Virus record (IMG/VR): IMGVR_UViG_3300009152_000172
DNA length: 26,704 bases
DNA from: a virus
Direction: 5' to 3' (one strand)
The notes beneath the pieces are model-generated. The model did not search any database. It saw nothing but the letters and a program-made list of their open reading frames with translations, and was not told where the DNA came from. This document shows, piece after piece, positions 1 to 10,789 of this stretch (positions within the stretch are counted from its first letter, which is position 1; the number at the start of each line of letters is the position of its first letter). The translations under genes and the position numbers were made by a program.

Positions 1-3000
1 GTGCCACCCGAAATTGTTAAAGTGTCGGTACCTGAACTGATGGTCTGGCTTGAACCACTGTCTCCAGCAACTGTAAATGAAGTCGCAACGTTGGCGATAT
101 CTGAGTTGCTGGCGATATTAACATAGTTTGTTCCATCATTGGTGAGTTGCCATTTATCTGTAGACTCATTCCAACGAATCTGCACGTTATCAGACGTGCC
201 ACGCTCTACTTCAAGACCAGCATTTGCTGCTGGAGTTCCTGTTACATTTGAATTAAGGACTACGATATTATCCTCAATTAAAAGGTTTTCAGTATTCAAA
301 GTTGTGACATTACCATTAACGGTCAAGTCTCCAGTAACAGTGAGGTTATTGGAAATTGTTACGTTTGATGGGAGGCTCAATGTGATTGCACCAGCTGAGG
401 CACTAACGGCAATTTGATTTGCAGTTCCAGTAAGTGAAGTTACAGCATTTGAAGAAAGATCACTTACTTGGCTTGCAAGTATGCTAATTGCAGTGTTTGC
501 TGCTGCTGTCAAACGTCCTTGAGCATCAACAGTGTAGTTTGGAACTGTATTTGCATTTCCGTATGATCCACCAGTGACTGCAGTATTGTCAAGATTAATG
601 GTGATTGTATCTGAGGTTGCAGCAGATGTAAGACCTGTTCCACCAGAAACAGTGAATGTATCTCCTGCTGTAATTGTTTGACTTGCACCACCATCTGCAG
701 CTGCAGTGAAGGATTGATTTGCTACAGAGAAGTTAACTTTTGCGTTAGCATCATCATATGTAACTGTAATTCCAGATTGTGCTCCTGCAGAAACTAAAGA
801 TCCAAAAGCATCTTGTGCAGCTTCTGTAAAATCGGTTACTGCTGTTGAAGCTACTGATATTGCAGTATTAGCTGCGGCTGTTAAACGACCTTGCGCGTCT
901 ACTGTGTAGTTTGGAACTGTACTTGCGTTGCCATATGATCCTGCTGTGACAGCAGTTGCAGCCAGGTTAAGTGTGACTGCACCTGAAGTGCCACCACCGC
1001 TAAGACCTGTTCCAGCTGTTACTGATTCAATGTCACCTGCGTCATTAGTAAAGCTAATAACACCAGTTGAACTATTATAGGCAAGATCTCCAGAAACACT
1101 AATTTGCGCTCTTGTGTTTGCGGAAAAGTCCGAAACTTGGCTTGCAAGAATGCTAATTGAAGTATTTGCAGCTGCGGTCAAACGACCCTGTGCATCGACC
1201 GTATAGTTAGGTACGGTGCTTGCGTTTCCATATGATCCTGCTGTTACAGCAGTGTTATCAAGATTTAATGTGATTGTATCTGTTGCGCCAGCTACAGATG
1301 TCAAACCAGTGCCACCCGAAATTGTTAATGTATCTGTACCAGAAGTTATTGTCTGACTTGATCCACTATCTCCAGCTACCGTAAAAGCTGTTGCTACGTT
1401 TGCAATGTCTGAATTGCTAGCAATGTTAACGTAGTTTGTTCCATCATTTGTGAATGTCCATTTATCGGTAGTTTCATTCCAGAGAATTGAAACATCTGTT
1501 GATGTTCCTCTATTGACTTCTATGCCACTGTTTAATGTTGGGGCACCTGTAACGCCAGAGTTTAATGTAATAATATTATCTTCAACGTTCAACTGTTCTG
1601 TGTTAACAGTTGTTGTGTTACCACTAACTGTCAAGTCTCCAGTAACAACTAAGTTATTTGAAATAGTTACGTTGGCTGGAAGACTTAATGTTACCGCACC
1701 AACGCCAGAATTAGAAACCGCAATTTGATTTGCAGTACCAGTTAAACCAGTAACAAGGTTTGTACCCTTGTCGCTGATCTGCGAAGCGGTAATTGAAATT
1801 GTTGAGTTAGCAGCAGCAGTTAGGCGACCTTGTGCATCAACCGTAAAGGTTCCAACAGTACCCGCAGAACCGTAGTTGCCAGCAGTGACAGCCGTGTTAG
1901 CAAGAGTTAAAGTAACTGCTCCAGAAGCGCCACCACCAGTAAGTCCAGTGCCAGCTGTAACCGATTCGATATCTCCAGCGTCATTTGTGAAACTAATTAC
2001 ACCAGTGCTTGAGTTATAAGCAAGATCTCCAGAAACGCTTATCTGTGATCTTGTGTTGGCGGCAAAGTCTGAAACTTGACTGGCAAGAATGCTAATTGCA
2101 TTTTGCGAAGCTGAAGTCAAACGACCTTGTGCGTCAACAGTGATGCTGGCTGCAGTGCTTGCGTTTCCATAGGAACCAGCAGTAACAGCTGTATTGTCAA
2201 GATTAATCGTGACAGTATCGGTATTTGAAGTTACAGATGTTAAACCAACGCCACCTGCAATGGTAAGCGTATCTCCACTTGTGCTTGAATTACCAGTTGT
2301 AATGGTTTTACTGCTACCTGAATCGCCAGCAACTTCAAAAGATCTTACAGCTGCATTAGTATAAGTTTGTGCATTAGCATAAGCTGTTGCAGCAGCAGAT
2401 GAGGCTGCACCGAAGGCATCAAATGTATTTGCCGTTACTGCTATTGTTGGAGTAGAGCCTTCACCGGTATTATTAGAAAGAGTAATTGCAGTTCCAGCTA
2501 CTAAACTAGAAACATAATCTCCAATAGTATCAGTTGAAAGATTTACTGCGTCGTTAATCCAAACTGAACCGTTATAACGGAGGAAGTCTCCATTAGCGGC
2601 TGAAGAAAGAGTAACATCACCCAAGTCATCAATTGAACCTATTGTAATAGTAGAGCCAGCAACTGCTGCATAAACGCCAACTCTAACCGAGCTAGCAGAA
2701 GGAGCTGCCGAAAAATCTAAAGTAACTGTTCCAGTTGTTGTGGCTTCCCAACGGACGTCGATGACTTCATATGGGCTTGCAGCATTGCGTGCAACAACTA
2801 CAACATCTCTTGTTCCCAAGTTATGAGTAACTGTGAAGCTAGTAGCGCTACCATCTCCAATTGTTGAAGTGTAAACTGTTCCAGCTAAACCAGTGTCGGT
2901 GCCAGGAGCAAACTTAGTTCCGTCAAACTTCAATACTTGATTAGTGGTGGCTCCAGTTGTATCAATTTCAATTCCGTCAACAAATAGAGTTGAAACATTA

Positions 3001-3279
3001 GCTTGACTAGTCTGAATAGTAGATGGAAGACTTAGAGTGTAAACTCCAGAAGTGGCATTAGCAGTTACTGAAACTTGATTTGCGGTGCCAACAACATTGG
3101 ATATTAAATTAATTCCGTATTATAGCATTAGCTGTTTTATTCTTATAAAACAACTTACCATCAACGACGTTGATTGCTAATTCACCCTCAGCTAGTGAGG
3201 TTGGCGCATTTGCTGCCTCATCTGATCTTTTTAATAAAAGGGTATTATTTACTGCAAACTGGGATCCACTATAAGCCAC
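1..3279 (-). CDS. Repeat-rich tail fibre protein, runs off the left edge; split by a +1 frameshift at CGG (3117-3115)
   Basis: GTG start at 3279 after GGAAGAGG (revcomp): VAYSGSQFAVNNTLLLKRSDEAANAPTSLAEGELAINVVDGKLFYKNKTANAII-CGG-N-stop. The +1 frame is then open to position 1: GINLISNVVGTANQVSVTANATSGVYTLSLPS... with repeated DNTAVTAGSYGNASTVPNYTVDAQGRLTAA modules. Not in the ORF track because the two halves are in different frames and the 3' end is outside the window. Confidence 0.85.
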
Positions 3280-3401
3280 GAGGCACCTCTTCCTTTATTG
3301 AGATAAAATCTTATTATATAGTAATATAGGTTCTGGTTGTTTTAATGCCAAAATTTACTAATCTAGAATAACATATAATTACGTATTATGAAAATTAAAT
3401 A

Positions 3402-3629
3402 TTACCATTTACCTAAGGGGCAAACTGCTGCTTTTAGCTTTACTTTCAGTGGCATAACGCATCCGCATTCTTTGCATTGCTTCGTAGCTGATATTAATTT
3501 ATCACATTCAAGACAAACGTCATATCTAGATTTAGCTTTTTCTTCGGAAACTCTTTCTTCATTTGGATTTAATAAATCCCAAGGTCGAGTTACTCCTAAT
3601 TTTTCTTTATACTCTTTCCAAGCTGACAT
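3402..3629 (-). CDS. Small cysteine-rich (zinc-ribbon-like) phage protein
   Basis: 75 aa ORF with CLEC...CKECGCVMPLKVKLKAAVCPLGKW; four-cysteine knuckle pattern like small conserved phage proteins. Confidence 0.75.
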   Translation of the reverse strand: MSAWKEYKEKLGVTRPWDLLNPNEERVSEEKAKSRYDVCLECDKLISATKQCKECGCVMPLKVKLKAAVCPLGKW

Positions 3630-3635
3630 AGAACT

Positions 3636-3863
3636 TTATTCTGATGCTGGAACAAAAGTAGTTCCATTATACACCCAACCAAGTTGCACTTCATTTGCTT
3701 GTTCTTGAGTCATTTCTACAATGGTTGGATTAGATTTCATCCCAGCCATTATAGGACCTCCACTTCCTGTAATACCAACTTTACCGGTGTATTCTCCATC
3801 TACAACAACGGCAAAAAAAGTAAATTCATTATCACTAATAGTTTCCGGTACATTAATAGACAT
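3636..3863 (-). CDS. Hypothetical small phage protein
   Basis: 75 aa ORF MSINVPETISDNEFTFFAVVVDGEYTGKVGITG..., collinear with neighbours. Confidence 0.65.
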   Translation of the reverse strand: MSINVPETISDNEFTFFAVVVDGEYTGKVGITGSGGPIMAGMKSNPTIVEMTQEQANEVQLGWVYNGTTFVPASE

Positions 3864-3916
3864 TAACGTTTCTCCTTTTTAAAAATTTATTTATATATTT
3901 CATTATATCATATTTA

Positions 3917-4451
3917 TTAACAATAGAAACCATTAGGTGGGCCCCAAGCGCCCCAGACTACAGTTGTTGGGCAATCGCAACCAGTGCAGCCAGCAGGGCC
4001 ACAGGTACCATTATAGGATATTCCAGATCTAGTTCTTGTGCCACCTGGCAAACATTGCTCTTCAGTTACAGCTGTTCCATTGCAGTAAGTACAAGCTGGA
4101 GGAACAAAGAATCCCGGAGGACCAAAGAATCCCGGAGGACCAAAGAATCCCGGAGGACCAAAAAATCCTGGAGGAGCAAAAAATCCTGGAGGAGCAAAGA
4201 ATGTTGGTGGAGAAAAAGCTCCGACAGTATAATTAATAGCGCTACCCAATAGTGCCACACTGCTGTCAGTTAATGCAGTGTGTACTACGTCTCCCAAAGT
4301 ACTATCTTCTGTTGCTGTATTGCTTACGGTGCCAACAACAAAACCAGCGGCAATTATTGCAGCGTTAGCAGTAGACTTTGTTGCCTTTTGTGCAATTAAA
4401 GGTTTGGTTGCTTTTCTTGAACCGCCCCGAACTGCCTATTGGAACTGTCAT
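3917..4451 (-). CDS. Hypothetical virion-associated protein with GPPGFF repeats and Cys-rich C-terminus; split by a +1 frameshift at CGG (4424-4422)
   Basis: ATG at 4451, 2 nt after the stop of the upstream fibre gene: MTVPIGSSG-CGG... then +1 frame GSRKATKPLIAQKATKSTANAAIIAAGFVVGTVSNTATEDSTLGDVVHTALTDSSVALLGSAINYTVGAF...FYC. The track entry 3917..4297 starts at an internal TTG. Confidence 0.75.
4096..4212 (-). repeat. 18-bp tandem repeat encoding (G/A)PPGFF, about 6 units
   Basis: Units of the form ggaccaaagaatcccgga; protein FFAPPGFFAPPGFFGPPGFFGPPGFFGPPGFFVPP. Confidence 0.9.
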
Positions 4452-4453
4452 GA

Positions 4454-7400
4454 TTAAGCCTTTAGATCACCCATTGCCACCCAAGTGTTAGCCGCTAGTT
4501 TAACTAGTGTAGCACCAGAGTATTGTGTACGCAAATTAAGACCAGGAGTTCCGCTTACGCTAACTCCACCTGCAGCAATAAATGTCACTAAACCAGTATT
4601 AATTGTAACAAAATCTATTCTATCACCAACATTAAAATTAACTGTATTATCTGCAGGGACCGTAATATTAGCAGTAGAAGAGCTATTTACTACTATTAAT
4701 TTAGCAAGATCTGAAATTACAAGAGTATTACTTGAGGTAACTGTTCTTAATGTTGAATTGAATCCTGCCCTAGCTGCACCAGATACTAAGTCGGTAGTAG
4801 CAATCGAGTTACTTAATGATAATTTAGAATAATCAATTGCAGCCGATGCGCTGATATCAACATTGGCAATAGTTCCATCCATAATCATCGAAGATGTAAC
4901 CGTATTTGAAGGAAGAGTTATTGTCCCTGTAAATGTAGCATTTGCAAGAGGAGCCTTTAAGTCAAGCGCTGTTTGAACAGCATTTGATATTGGTTTTCCA
5001 AGGTCTGTTGTATTATCAACACTACCAAGACCAACCATTGCTTTTGTGATACCCGCAACAGTTCCAGTAAATGTAGGATTAGCAAGTGTTGCAAAACCAG
5101 AAATTGAAGCGCCTGCTGGGATGGTTACGGTTCCCGTAAATGTTGGCGAAGCCAAGTTTGCCTTTAGATCAAGAGCAGTCTGCTGAGCTGTAGAAACTGG
5201 TTTTGCTGTATCTGCCGTGTTGTCTACGTTTCCAAGACCAACCATTGTCTTGGTTATACCAGAAACATTTCCTGTAAAAGTTGGACTAGCCAAAGGCGCG
5301 TAAGTTGTTCCAGCTGTTGAAGAATCAAGTTTGTTATTGATCTGTGTCTGAATTGCAGAAGTTACACCGTCTAAGTATCCAATTTCTGTGTCAGTAACAT
5401 TAGCAACACGTGCTTGAATCGCTGAAGTGTCAACCGTTATAGTTGGCGTTGCACCTTCGCCTGTATTATTAATTAGAGTAATACCAGTTCCAGCTACAAG
5501 TGATGTAATATATCCACCAACTGTATCTGTGCCAAGATTAATAGGGTCGTTAACCCAAAAGGTTCCATCATATCTTAAGATATCACCAGTGGTTAAGGTG
5601 TTAATTTGTACATCAGATGCATCATCGAGTAGTAATGTTTTGTTGTACCACTTACTACCATTCCACACAATGTATTGCCCTGCAGTAATTCCAGCACCAG
5701 CAATAACAAAGTCATCTAAAGTGCTTAAAGATGGAACGCTTATTATGGCACTAGAAACGTTAGAAAATATTGTTACTGAAATTGAGTCAGTTGTTGGCGG
5801 TGTTGAAAATGTAAAAGTAGCATTATTAAGATCTGTTGCTGCCCATCTTACTTCTATTACCTCATATGGTGCATTTGTAGTCCTGCATGTAACAAAGATG
5901 TCTCGGGTGCCAAGTCCGTGAGCTATTGTGAATGTACTATTTGTGTTATTTCCCAAAGTAGTCTTATAAGCTAGACCAACAGGAAGCTCCCAATCAACCG
6001 TGCCATTAACCCACTGTGAAGTGTTGCTATCATATTTAAGCACTTGATAATCCCCAAGAGTACTAGGATCAACATTAACATCTGATAATCTATTTATATT
6101 AACAGCTTGATTAATCCAAGCAGAACCGTTATACATTAATAGGTTATCTGAAGTTGGAGTAGTGATAACTACTTCTGTAAAATCATTCAATGTTCTATTG
6201 TTAACGTAAGTTACCGCATTTGAATAAGCAGTGTTTCCAACACCGTCAGCATAAGTGCTCACACTTGCTGCGGAGTTTGCTATATTAGAAACCATGTTTG
6301 TAGTATAGGAATCTGCTATTTTAATGACTGGCGTCATTCCTTCACCGGAATTATCAGTTATTGTTATACCGGTACCCGAGACTAAGTTTGCTACATATTG
6401 ACCTGTAGTGTCTGCACCAAGCGCTACCGAATTAGAAGCAATTGTTGTTGTTATAGTAACATTAGCGCTTCCGTCTATAAATACGTTACCAGTTACGTCA
6501 CCATCTAAAGTAATTTTTCTTTGATTAGTCCAAACTAATGCGTTACTTGCTGTGCCAGTTACGTTTCCAGTGTGAACTCCGTTGCTGTTCCCAGTTAAAT
6601 TACCAGTGACATTACCGGTTAAATTTCCAGTGACATTTCCAATTATGTTTCCAGTTACATTACCCGTGACTGCGCCTACTAAAGAAGCTGTTACTTGATT
6701 AAATGAAACGTTTGCATTGGTGGCAACCGATTGAGGAATTGAGATAGTTGGAACTGAAGCTTCACCAGAATTGTTAGTAATCGTTATGCCAGTGCCCGCA
6801 CTAAGGTGATCTACGTAATCACCTATTGTATCTGTAGATAAATTAATAGCATCATTAATCCAAACAGATCCATTATATCTAAAGAAGTCACCATTGGCTG
6901 GAGTGGTTAAAGTAACATCTGTTAAATCATCTATTGTTGCATTAAGTGTTATTGTTGGAGTAGCAGTTTCTCCAGAGTTATTAGCTAAAGAAATTCCTGT
7001 TCCAGCAACTAGAGAAGCAACATAATTACCAGTTGTGTCAGTACCTAAAGCTACAGAATTGGCAACTATAGTTGCAGTAAGAGTTACGTTAGCAGAGCCA
7101 TCTATCGAGACATTTCCAGATAGGTCGCCACCTAAAGTAATTAATCTAGCATTGGTCCATTTTGCTGCTGAGCCAGTATATGCATTTGCTGATAATACTT
7201 CTGTTCCATTAATCTTAAATGTTTTACCAGATGCAAGATTTATGTTTTCAGAAGAAGTCCAAGATGCGGTGCTATTGCTCCAGTTAAAAGTTTTATCTGT
7301 AGTTCCCTTTAATGTTATTCCACCACCATCTGCTGTCACGTTAGATGGTGATGATACGTTAGCAAGTTCAATATTTTTATCTTCAATAACAATTGATTCT

Positions 7401-7618
7401 GTATTTACTGTGACGATAGTGCCGTTAACAGTAAGATTTCCAGAAACTACTAAATTTCCAGAAACTTGAACACTATCTTCTGTTGTTATTTGAGTATTCG
7501 AAGTTTGAAGTAAATTCAAAGATGAACTAACTAATGAACCATTGCTATTTTTGAAGAAGAATACTCCAGAAATAGGATCAATGGCTATTTGATTGCCGGT
7601 AATACTTGGATTAGCCAC
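4454..7618 (-). CDS. Tail fibre protein, repeat-rich, 1054 aa
   Basis: NGSVWINDAINLSTDTIGDYVxxLxAGTGITITNNSGE repeats, GNVTGNLTGN tract, YAPLASPTFTGTVT / GLGNVDNTADTAKPVSTAQQTALDLKA modules typical of phage fibres. Confidence 0.9.
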   Translation of the reverse strand: MANPSITGNQIAIDPISGVFFFKNSNGSLVSSSLNLLQTSNTQITTEDSVQVSGNLVVSGNLTVNGTIVTVNTESIVIEDKNIELANVSSPSNVTADGGGITLKGTTDKTFNWSNSTASWTSSENINLASGKTFKINGTEVLSANAYTGSAAKWTNARLITLGGDLSGNVSIDGSANVTLTATIVANSVALGTDTTGNYVASLVAGTGISLANNSGETATPTITLNATIDDLTDVTLTTPANGDFFRYNGSVWINDAINLSTDTIGDYVDHLSAGTGITITNNSGEASVPTISIPQSVATNANVSFNQVTASLVGAVTGNVTGNIIGNVTGNLTGNVTGNLTGNSNGVHTGNVTGTASNALVWTNQRKITLDGDVTGNVFIDGSANVTITTTIASNSVALGADTTGQYVANLVSGTGITITDNSGEGMTPVIKIADSYTTNMVSNIANSAASVSTYADGVGNTAYSNAVTYVNNRTLNDFTEVVITTPTSDNLLMYNGSAWINQAVNINRLSDVNVDPSTLGDYQVLKYDSNTSQWVNGTVDWELPVGLAYKTTLGNNTNSTFTIAHGLGTRDIFVTCRTTNAPYEVIEVRWAATDLNNATFTFSTPPTTDSISVTIFSNVSSAIISVPSLSTLDDFVIAGAGITAGQYIVWNGSKWYNKTLLLDDASDVQINTLTTGDILRYDGTFWVNDPINLGTDTVGGYITSLVAGTGITLINNTGEGATPTITVDTSAIQARVANVTDTEIGYLDGVTSAIQTQINNKLDSSTAGTTYAPLASPTFTGNVSGITKTMVGLGNVDNTADTAKPVSTAQQTALDLKANLASPTFTGTVTIPAGASISGFATLANPTFTGTVAGITKAMVGLGSVDNTTDLGKPISNAVQTALDLKAPLANATFTGTITLPSNTVTSSMIMDGTIANVDISASAAIDYSKLSLSNSIATTDLVSGAARAGFNSTLRTVTSSNTLVISDLAKLIVVNSSSTANITVPADNTVNFNVGDRIDFVTINTGLVTFIAAGGVSVSGTPGLNLRTQYSGATLVKLAANTWVAMGDLKA
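6555..6690 (-). repeat. GNVTGN(L/I) degenerate tandem repeat tract inside the fibre gene
   Basis: Protein ...GAVTGNVTGNIIGNVTGNLTGNVTGNLTGNSNGVHTGNVTGTA... Confidence 0.8.
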
Positions 7619-7637
7619 TATAAAACCTTTCCTTTAT

Positions 7638-9191
7638 TTAGAAAGTTCCACCGTCTATTGTGTCACTCCATGTTGGAACTCCAGCTATAACTTGTAGAAC
7701 TTGTCCACTAGAACCTATTGACAATTTAGACAATGTGTTTGCTGCGCTAGCGTAAACCAAATCTCCAGTTGTATAAGTTGTGAGTCCAGTACCACCCTTA
7801 GTGGCAGCAATTGCTGTACCACTCCATGTTCCAGTTGTAATTGTTCCAACTGTTACGATGTCATCATCACCAGAATAAGTTCCAGCAGCAACGTTTGCTA
7901 ATATTGAATTATAGGCTTGTACGTTTGAACCAATTGCCAATCCCAAATTGGTTCTAGCATTTGCTGCATCTGTTGCACCAGTACCGCCATAGGCAATGCC
8001 GACAGCTGTTCCTTGCCAGGTACCTGTTGCGATTGTTCCTACTGCTGTTAAGCTTGAAGTGACTATACTAGAACCAAGTGTTGTATTGCTTAATACAGAT
8101 GTTCCATTAATCTCATAAACTTTACCAGAAACTAAATTCATATTTTCTGATGAAGTCCATGCATCTGTTGCATCAACCCAGGTGAACGTCTTATTTGTTG
8201 CACCAAGAACTGTAATACCAGCACCGTCAGCAGTTATATCTGTTGGTGATGCGGAATTTGCAAGAACAATATTTTTATCTTCTACGACAAGCGTTGCCGT
8301 ATTAAGAGTTGTTGTATTGCCGTTAACAATCAAATCTCCAGTAACAGTTAGATTATTACTAATCGTAACATTAGCTGGGAGACCTAATGTTACAGCTCCA
8401 ACTCCAGAGTTTGAAACTGTGATCTCGTTATTAGTACCGGTCAAACCAGTTACGAGATTTGAGCCCTTATCACTAATTTGTGAAGCAGTGATTGAAATGG
8501 CTGAGTTTCCAGCAGCTGTTAAACGACCCTTTGCATCAACAGTGAATGTAGCAACCGAGTTTGCAGCTCCATAAGAGCCAGCAGTTACTGCGGTGTTATC
8601 AAGGTTTGAAGAAGTTAAAGAAATTGCCGTATTTCCAGCTGCTGTTAAACGACCTTGAGCATCTACAGTAAACGTAGCAACCGTTCCTGCACCGCCGTAA
8701 GAACCACCAGTTACGGTAGTGTTGTCAAGATTTAAAGTAATTGTGTCAGTTGCACTTGCAACAGAGGATAGTCCCGTGCCACCAGAAATGGTTAAAGTAT
8801 CAGTACCTGAACTAATTGTTTGATTAGATCCAGAATCACCCGCAACTGTAAATGATGTGGCAACGTTTGAAATAGTATTATTAACACTGGATATCTGCTG
8901 GTCAACATAGAGCTTTGTTGATGCGTGAGTGTTTGCGCTTGGCGTTGGAACGATTATTGTACCAGTAAATGTTTTATTTCCAGTAATTGTTTGATCAGCA
9001 CTTAATGATACAAATGCGCCTATGCCAGCAATTGCTGGTACAGTATTTGCTGTTCCGGTACCGTCGTCTCCATAACCATAATAAAGAATGTTGTCGACTT
9101 CGTTAAACGCCAACTCAGCATTTTTGAGTGAACTAGGTGCGCCTGCAACGCCACCTCCAGCCCTTCTTTTAATTCTCAAAATATTAGCCAT
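7638..9191 (-). CDS. Tail fibre protein, 517 aa, sharing repeat modules with both neighbouring fibre genes
   Basis: MANILRIKRRAGGG..., AGDSGSNQTISSGTDTLTISGGTGLSS, DAQGRLTAAGNTAIS, NNLTVTGDLIVNGNTTTLNT. Confidence 0.9.
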   Translation of the reverse strand: MANILRIKRRAGGGVAGAPSSLKNAELAFNEVDNILYYGYGDDGTGTANTVPAIAGIGAFVSLSADQTITGNKTFTGTIIVPTPSANTHASTKLYVDQQISSVNNTISNVATSFTVAGDSGSNQTISSGTDTLTISGGTGLSSVASATDTITLNLDNTTVTGGSYGGAGTVATFTVDAQGRLTAAGNTAISLTSSNLDNTAVTAGSYGAANSVATFTVDAKGRLTAAGNSAISITASQISDKGSNLVTGLTGTNNEITVSNSGVGAVTLGLPANVTISNNLTVTGDLIVNGNTTTLNTATLVVEDKNIVLANSASPTDITADGAGITVLGATNKTFTWVDATDAWTSSENMNLVSGKVYEINGTSVLSNTTLGSSIVTSSLTAVGTIATGTWQGTAVGIAYGGTGATDAANARTNLGLAIGSNVQAYNSILANVAAGTYSGDDDIVTVGTITTGTWSGTAIAATKGGTGLTTYTTGDLVYASAANTLSKLSIGSSGQVLQVIAGVPTWSDTIDGGTF

Positions 9192-9545
9192 TTAAAAATT
9201 TCCTCCATTAATACTAAGCTCTGCACTGTTGTTACTTAATGATTCAACAGACTTATTTACCCATTGAGATCCATTATAAATTAATACATCTTTAGTCCCG
9301 ATATTGCTTATAGTAACATCTCCTAATCCATTTATACTACTAATGTTTGATTCTACCGCTATTATTCTATCTTTAATGGTAAGATGAGAACCAGCTGGAT
9401 TAACGCCCAATACGGTTTGTACTGCTTCTACAGCATCGTTTAAATTTGCATGCTGTTGATGATGGGGTACTGTGTTTGAATTGAGCTTATCAGTTGCTGT
9501 TGGATTTATTAAAACATCTAATTGATTTGGATAATTTGTTGCCAT
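9192..9545 (-). CDS. Hypothetical structural protein
   Basis: 117 aa ORF MATNYPNQLDVLINPTATDKLNSNTVPHHQQHANLNDAVEAVQTVLG..., ends in a fibre-like DVLIYNGSQWVNKS motif. Confidence 0.75.
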   Translation of the reverse strand: MATNYPNQLDVLINPTATDKLNSNTVPHHQQHANLNDAVEAVQTVLGVNPAGSHLTIKDRIIAVESNISSINGLGDVTISNIGTKDVLIYNGSQWVNKSVESLSNNSAELSINGGNF

Positions 9546-9553
9546 ATATTTTC

Positions 9554-9964
9554 CTATAAGCTAATAATTTTTGTTGAACTATTATTCCATTGCAGTGTCA
9601 TTGACGAAGACTCTGCAGTGCCAGCAAAAGGTAGCCCTTCAGAATCATCTATAAAAGCTATTAACCTTGAATCAGAATCTGTTGTACCGAATTGATAAAA
9701 GACAATTGCATTAAATGCTACTCCATCATGAACAATCGTTAGGTCATCTGCGTCTAAGACTCCTAAATTATTAGATACATTGCCTAAAGCTGCACTTCTA
9801 TATTTCTTTGCTGCAGTGGGTATAATTGATAAAAATTCATCAGTATTTTGATTTGGTGTATACAAAGAAGTATCTATAAATGCAACTTTAAGACTATTTG
9901 TAGATAGATTTATTTCACCACTTAACATGGATTCTTTTGCTTTTTTGTATACAAAATTAGCCAT
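9554..9964 (-). CDS. Hypothetical structural protein
   Basis: 136 aa ORF MANFVYKKAKESMLSGEINLSTNSLKVAFIDTSLYTPNQ... Confidence 0.7.
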   Translation of the reverse strand: MANFVYKKAKESMLSGEINLSTNSLKVAFIDTSLYTPNQNTDEFLSIIPTAAKKYRSAALGNVSNNLGVLDADDLTIVHDGVAFNAIVFYQFGTTDSDSRLIAFIDDSEGLPFAGTAESSSMTLQWNNSSTKIISL

Positions 9965-9965
9965 C

Positions 9966-10739
9966 TTATATACCTATATCTTTAGAAACTGTTATTCTAT
10001 ACTTATAACCTTTTTCAAAATAATCTTTATTCTCAGTATAATATGATGGTGTTGCATCTATTAAAGATGGAAAGTCTATGTATATTTCAGGTTTCCAAGA
10101 GTGCATCTGCGTAACTGTTTCTATGTTTTCCCAACGAGACGGTGACTTCTGAATTTTTTTTCTTTGAGCTTTAAAATACTTAGTGGATAAAAAGTTGGAA
10201 GCTGGACGAGCATTAAAAGTAATGGTGACTCTTCCATTGTTATTGTCATTTGGTAAATAAAAAGATCCGTTTTTTGGCTCAACAGAATCAATATAGAACT
10301 CTGGATTTTTAGCTATAATTTGATAACTACTATAGGCTTCGGTTAAAATTGAGTTATCTTCTACTAAAATCTCTTCTATCACCGGAACAACGGAAGTTGA
10401 AAAACCAGAAGGTGTAGCTGCATCTTGTTTTGTAAATTTTATATACTCTTCTGCTACGACTTCATTTGCAGCGTCTAATATACCTACTACTCTTAGATAG
10501 TATTCCTGACCAGAAACAAGGACTTTATCCCAGTAAAGAGTAAGAGTTCTAGATATTGTATTATAGTCAGCTAATGAGTTTATTGCTTTAAATGGACTAG
10601 ATACAAGAGTCGGTGTTGCAGCTGATGTTTGAACAATAAATTTATTATCTGTTATAGAACTAATCTTTACTGTTCTACCAAATTTAATTTTTACCTTATC
10701 GGCACCTACTGAGGCATAATCTATTAAATTTAATGGCAC
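9966..10739 (-). CDS. Hypothetical structural protein with Ig/FnIII-like segments
   Basis: 257 aa ORF; beta-rich segments YYLRVVGILDAANEVVAEEYIKF and FYLPNDNNNGRVTITFNARP. Confidence 0.65.
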   Translation of the reverse strand: MPLNLIDYASVGADKVKIKFGRTVKISSITDNKFIVQTSAATPTLVSSPFKAINSLADYNTISRTLTLYWDKVLVSGQEYYLRVVGILDAANEVVAEEYIKFTKQDAATPSGFSTSVVPVIEEILVEDNSILTEAYSSYQIIAKNPEFYIDSVEPKNGSFYLPNDNNNGRVTITFNARPASNFLSTKYFKAQRKKIQKSPSRWENIETVTQMHSWKPEIYIDFPSLIDATPSYYTENKDYFEKGYKYRITVSKDIGI

Positions 10740-10789
10740 GATTTATCTCCTCAGGAAAAGACTTATACTTAACTAGTAACGGGGGTGGT

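Noticed and set aside
139-417. Plus-strand ORFs opposite fibre genes (139..417, 1450..1728, 4485..4832, 5427..5921, 7035..7469, 8182..8574, 13147..13590, 18508..19002, 25048..25515)
   Set aside because: They are antisense shadows of repeat-rich or biased minus-strand genes, with low-complexity, domain-free translations. No ribosome sites or gene context support them.
509-694. Short minus-strand ORFs nested in other frames (17..202, 509..694, 4066..4260, 19160..19357, 21810..22016, 23459..23776)
   Set aside because: Fully internal to well-supported genes in a different frame, with no recognisable domains.
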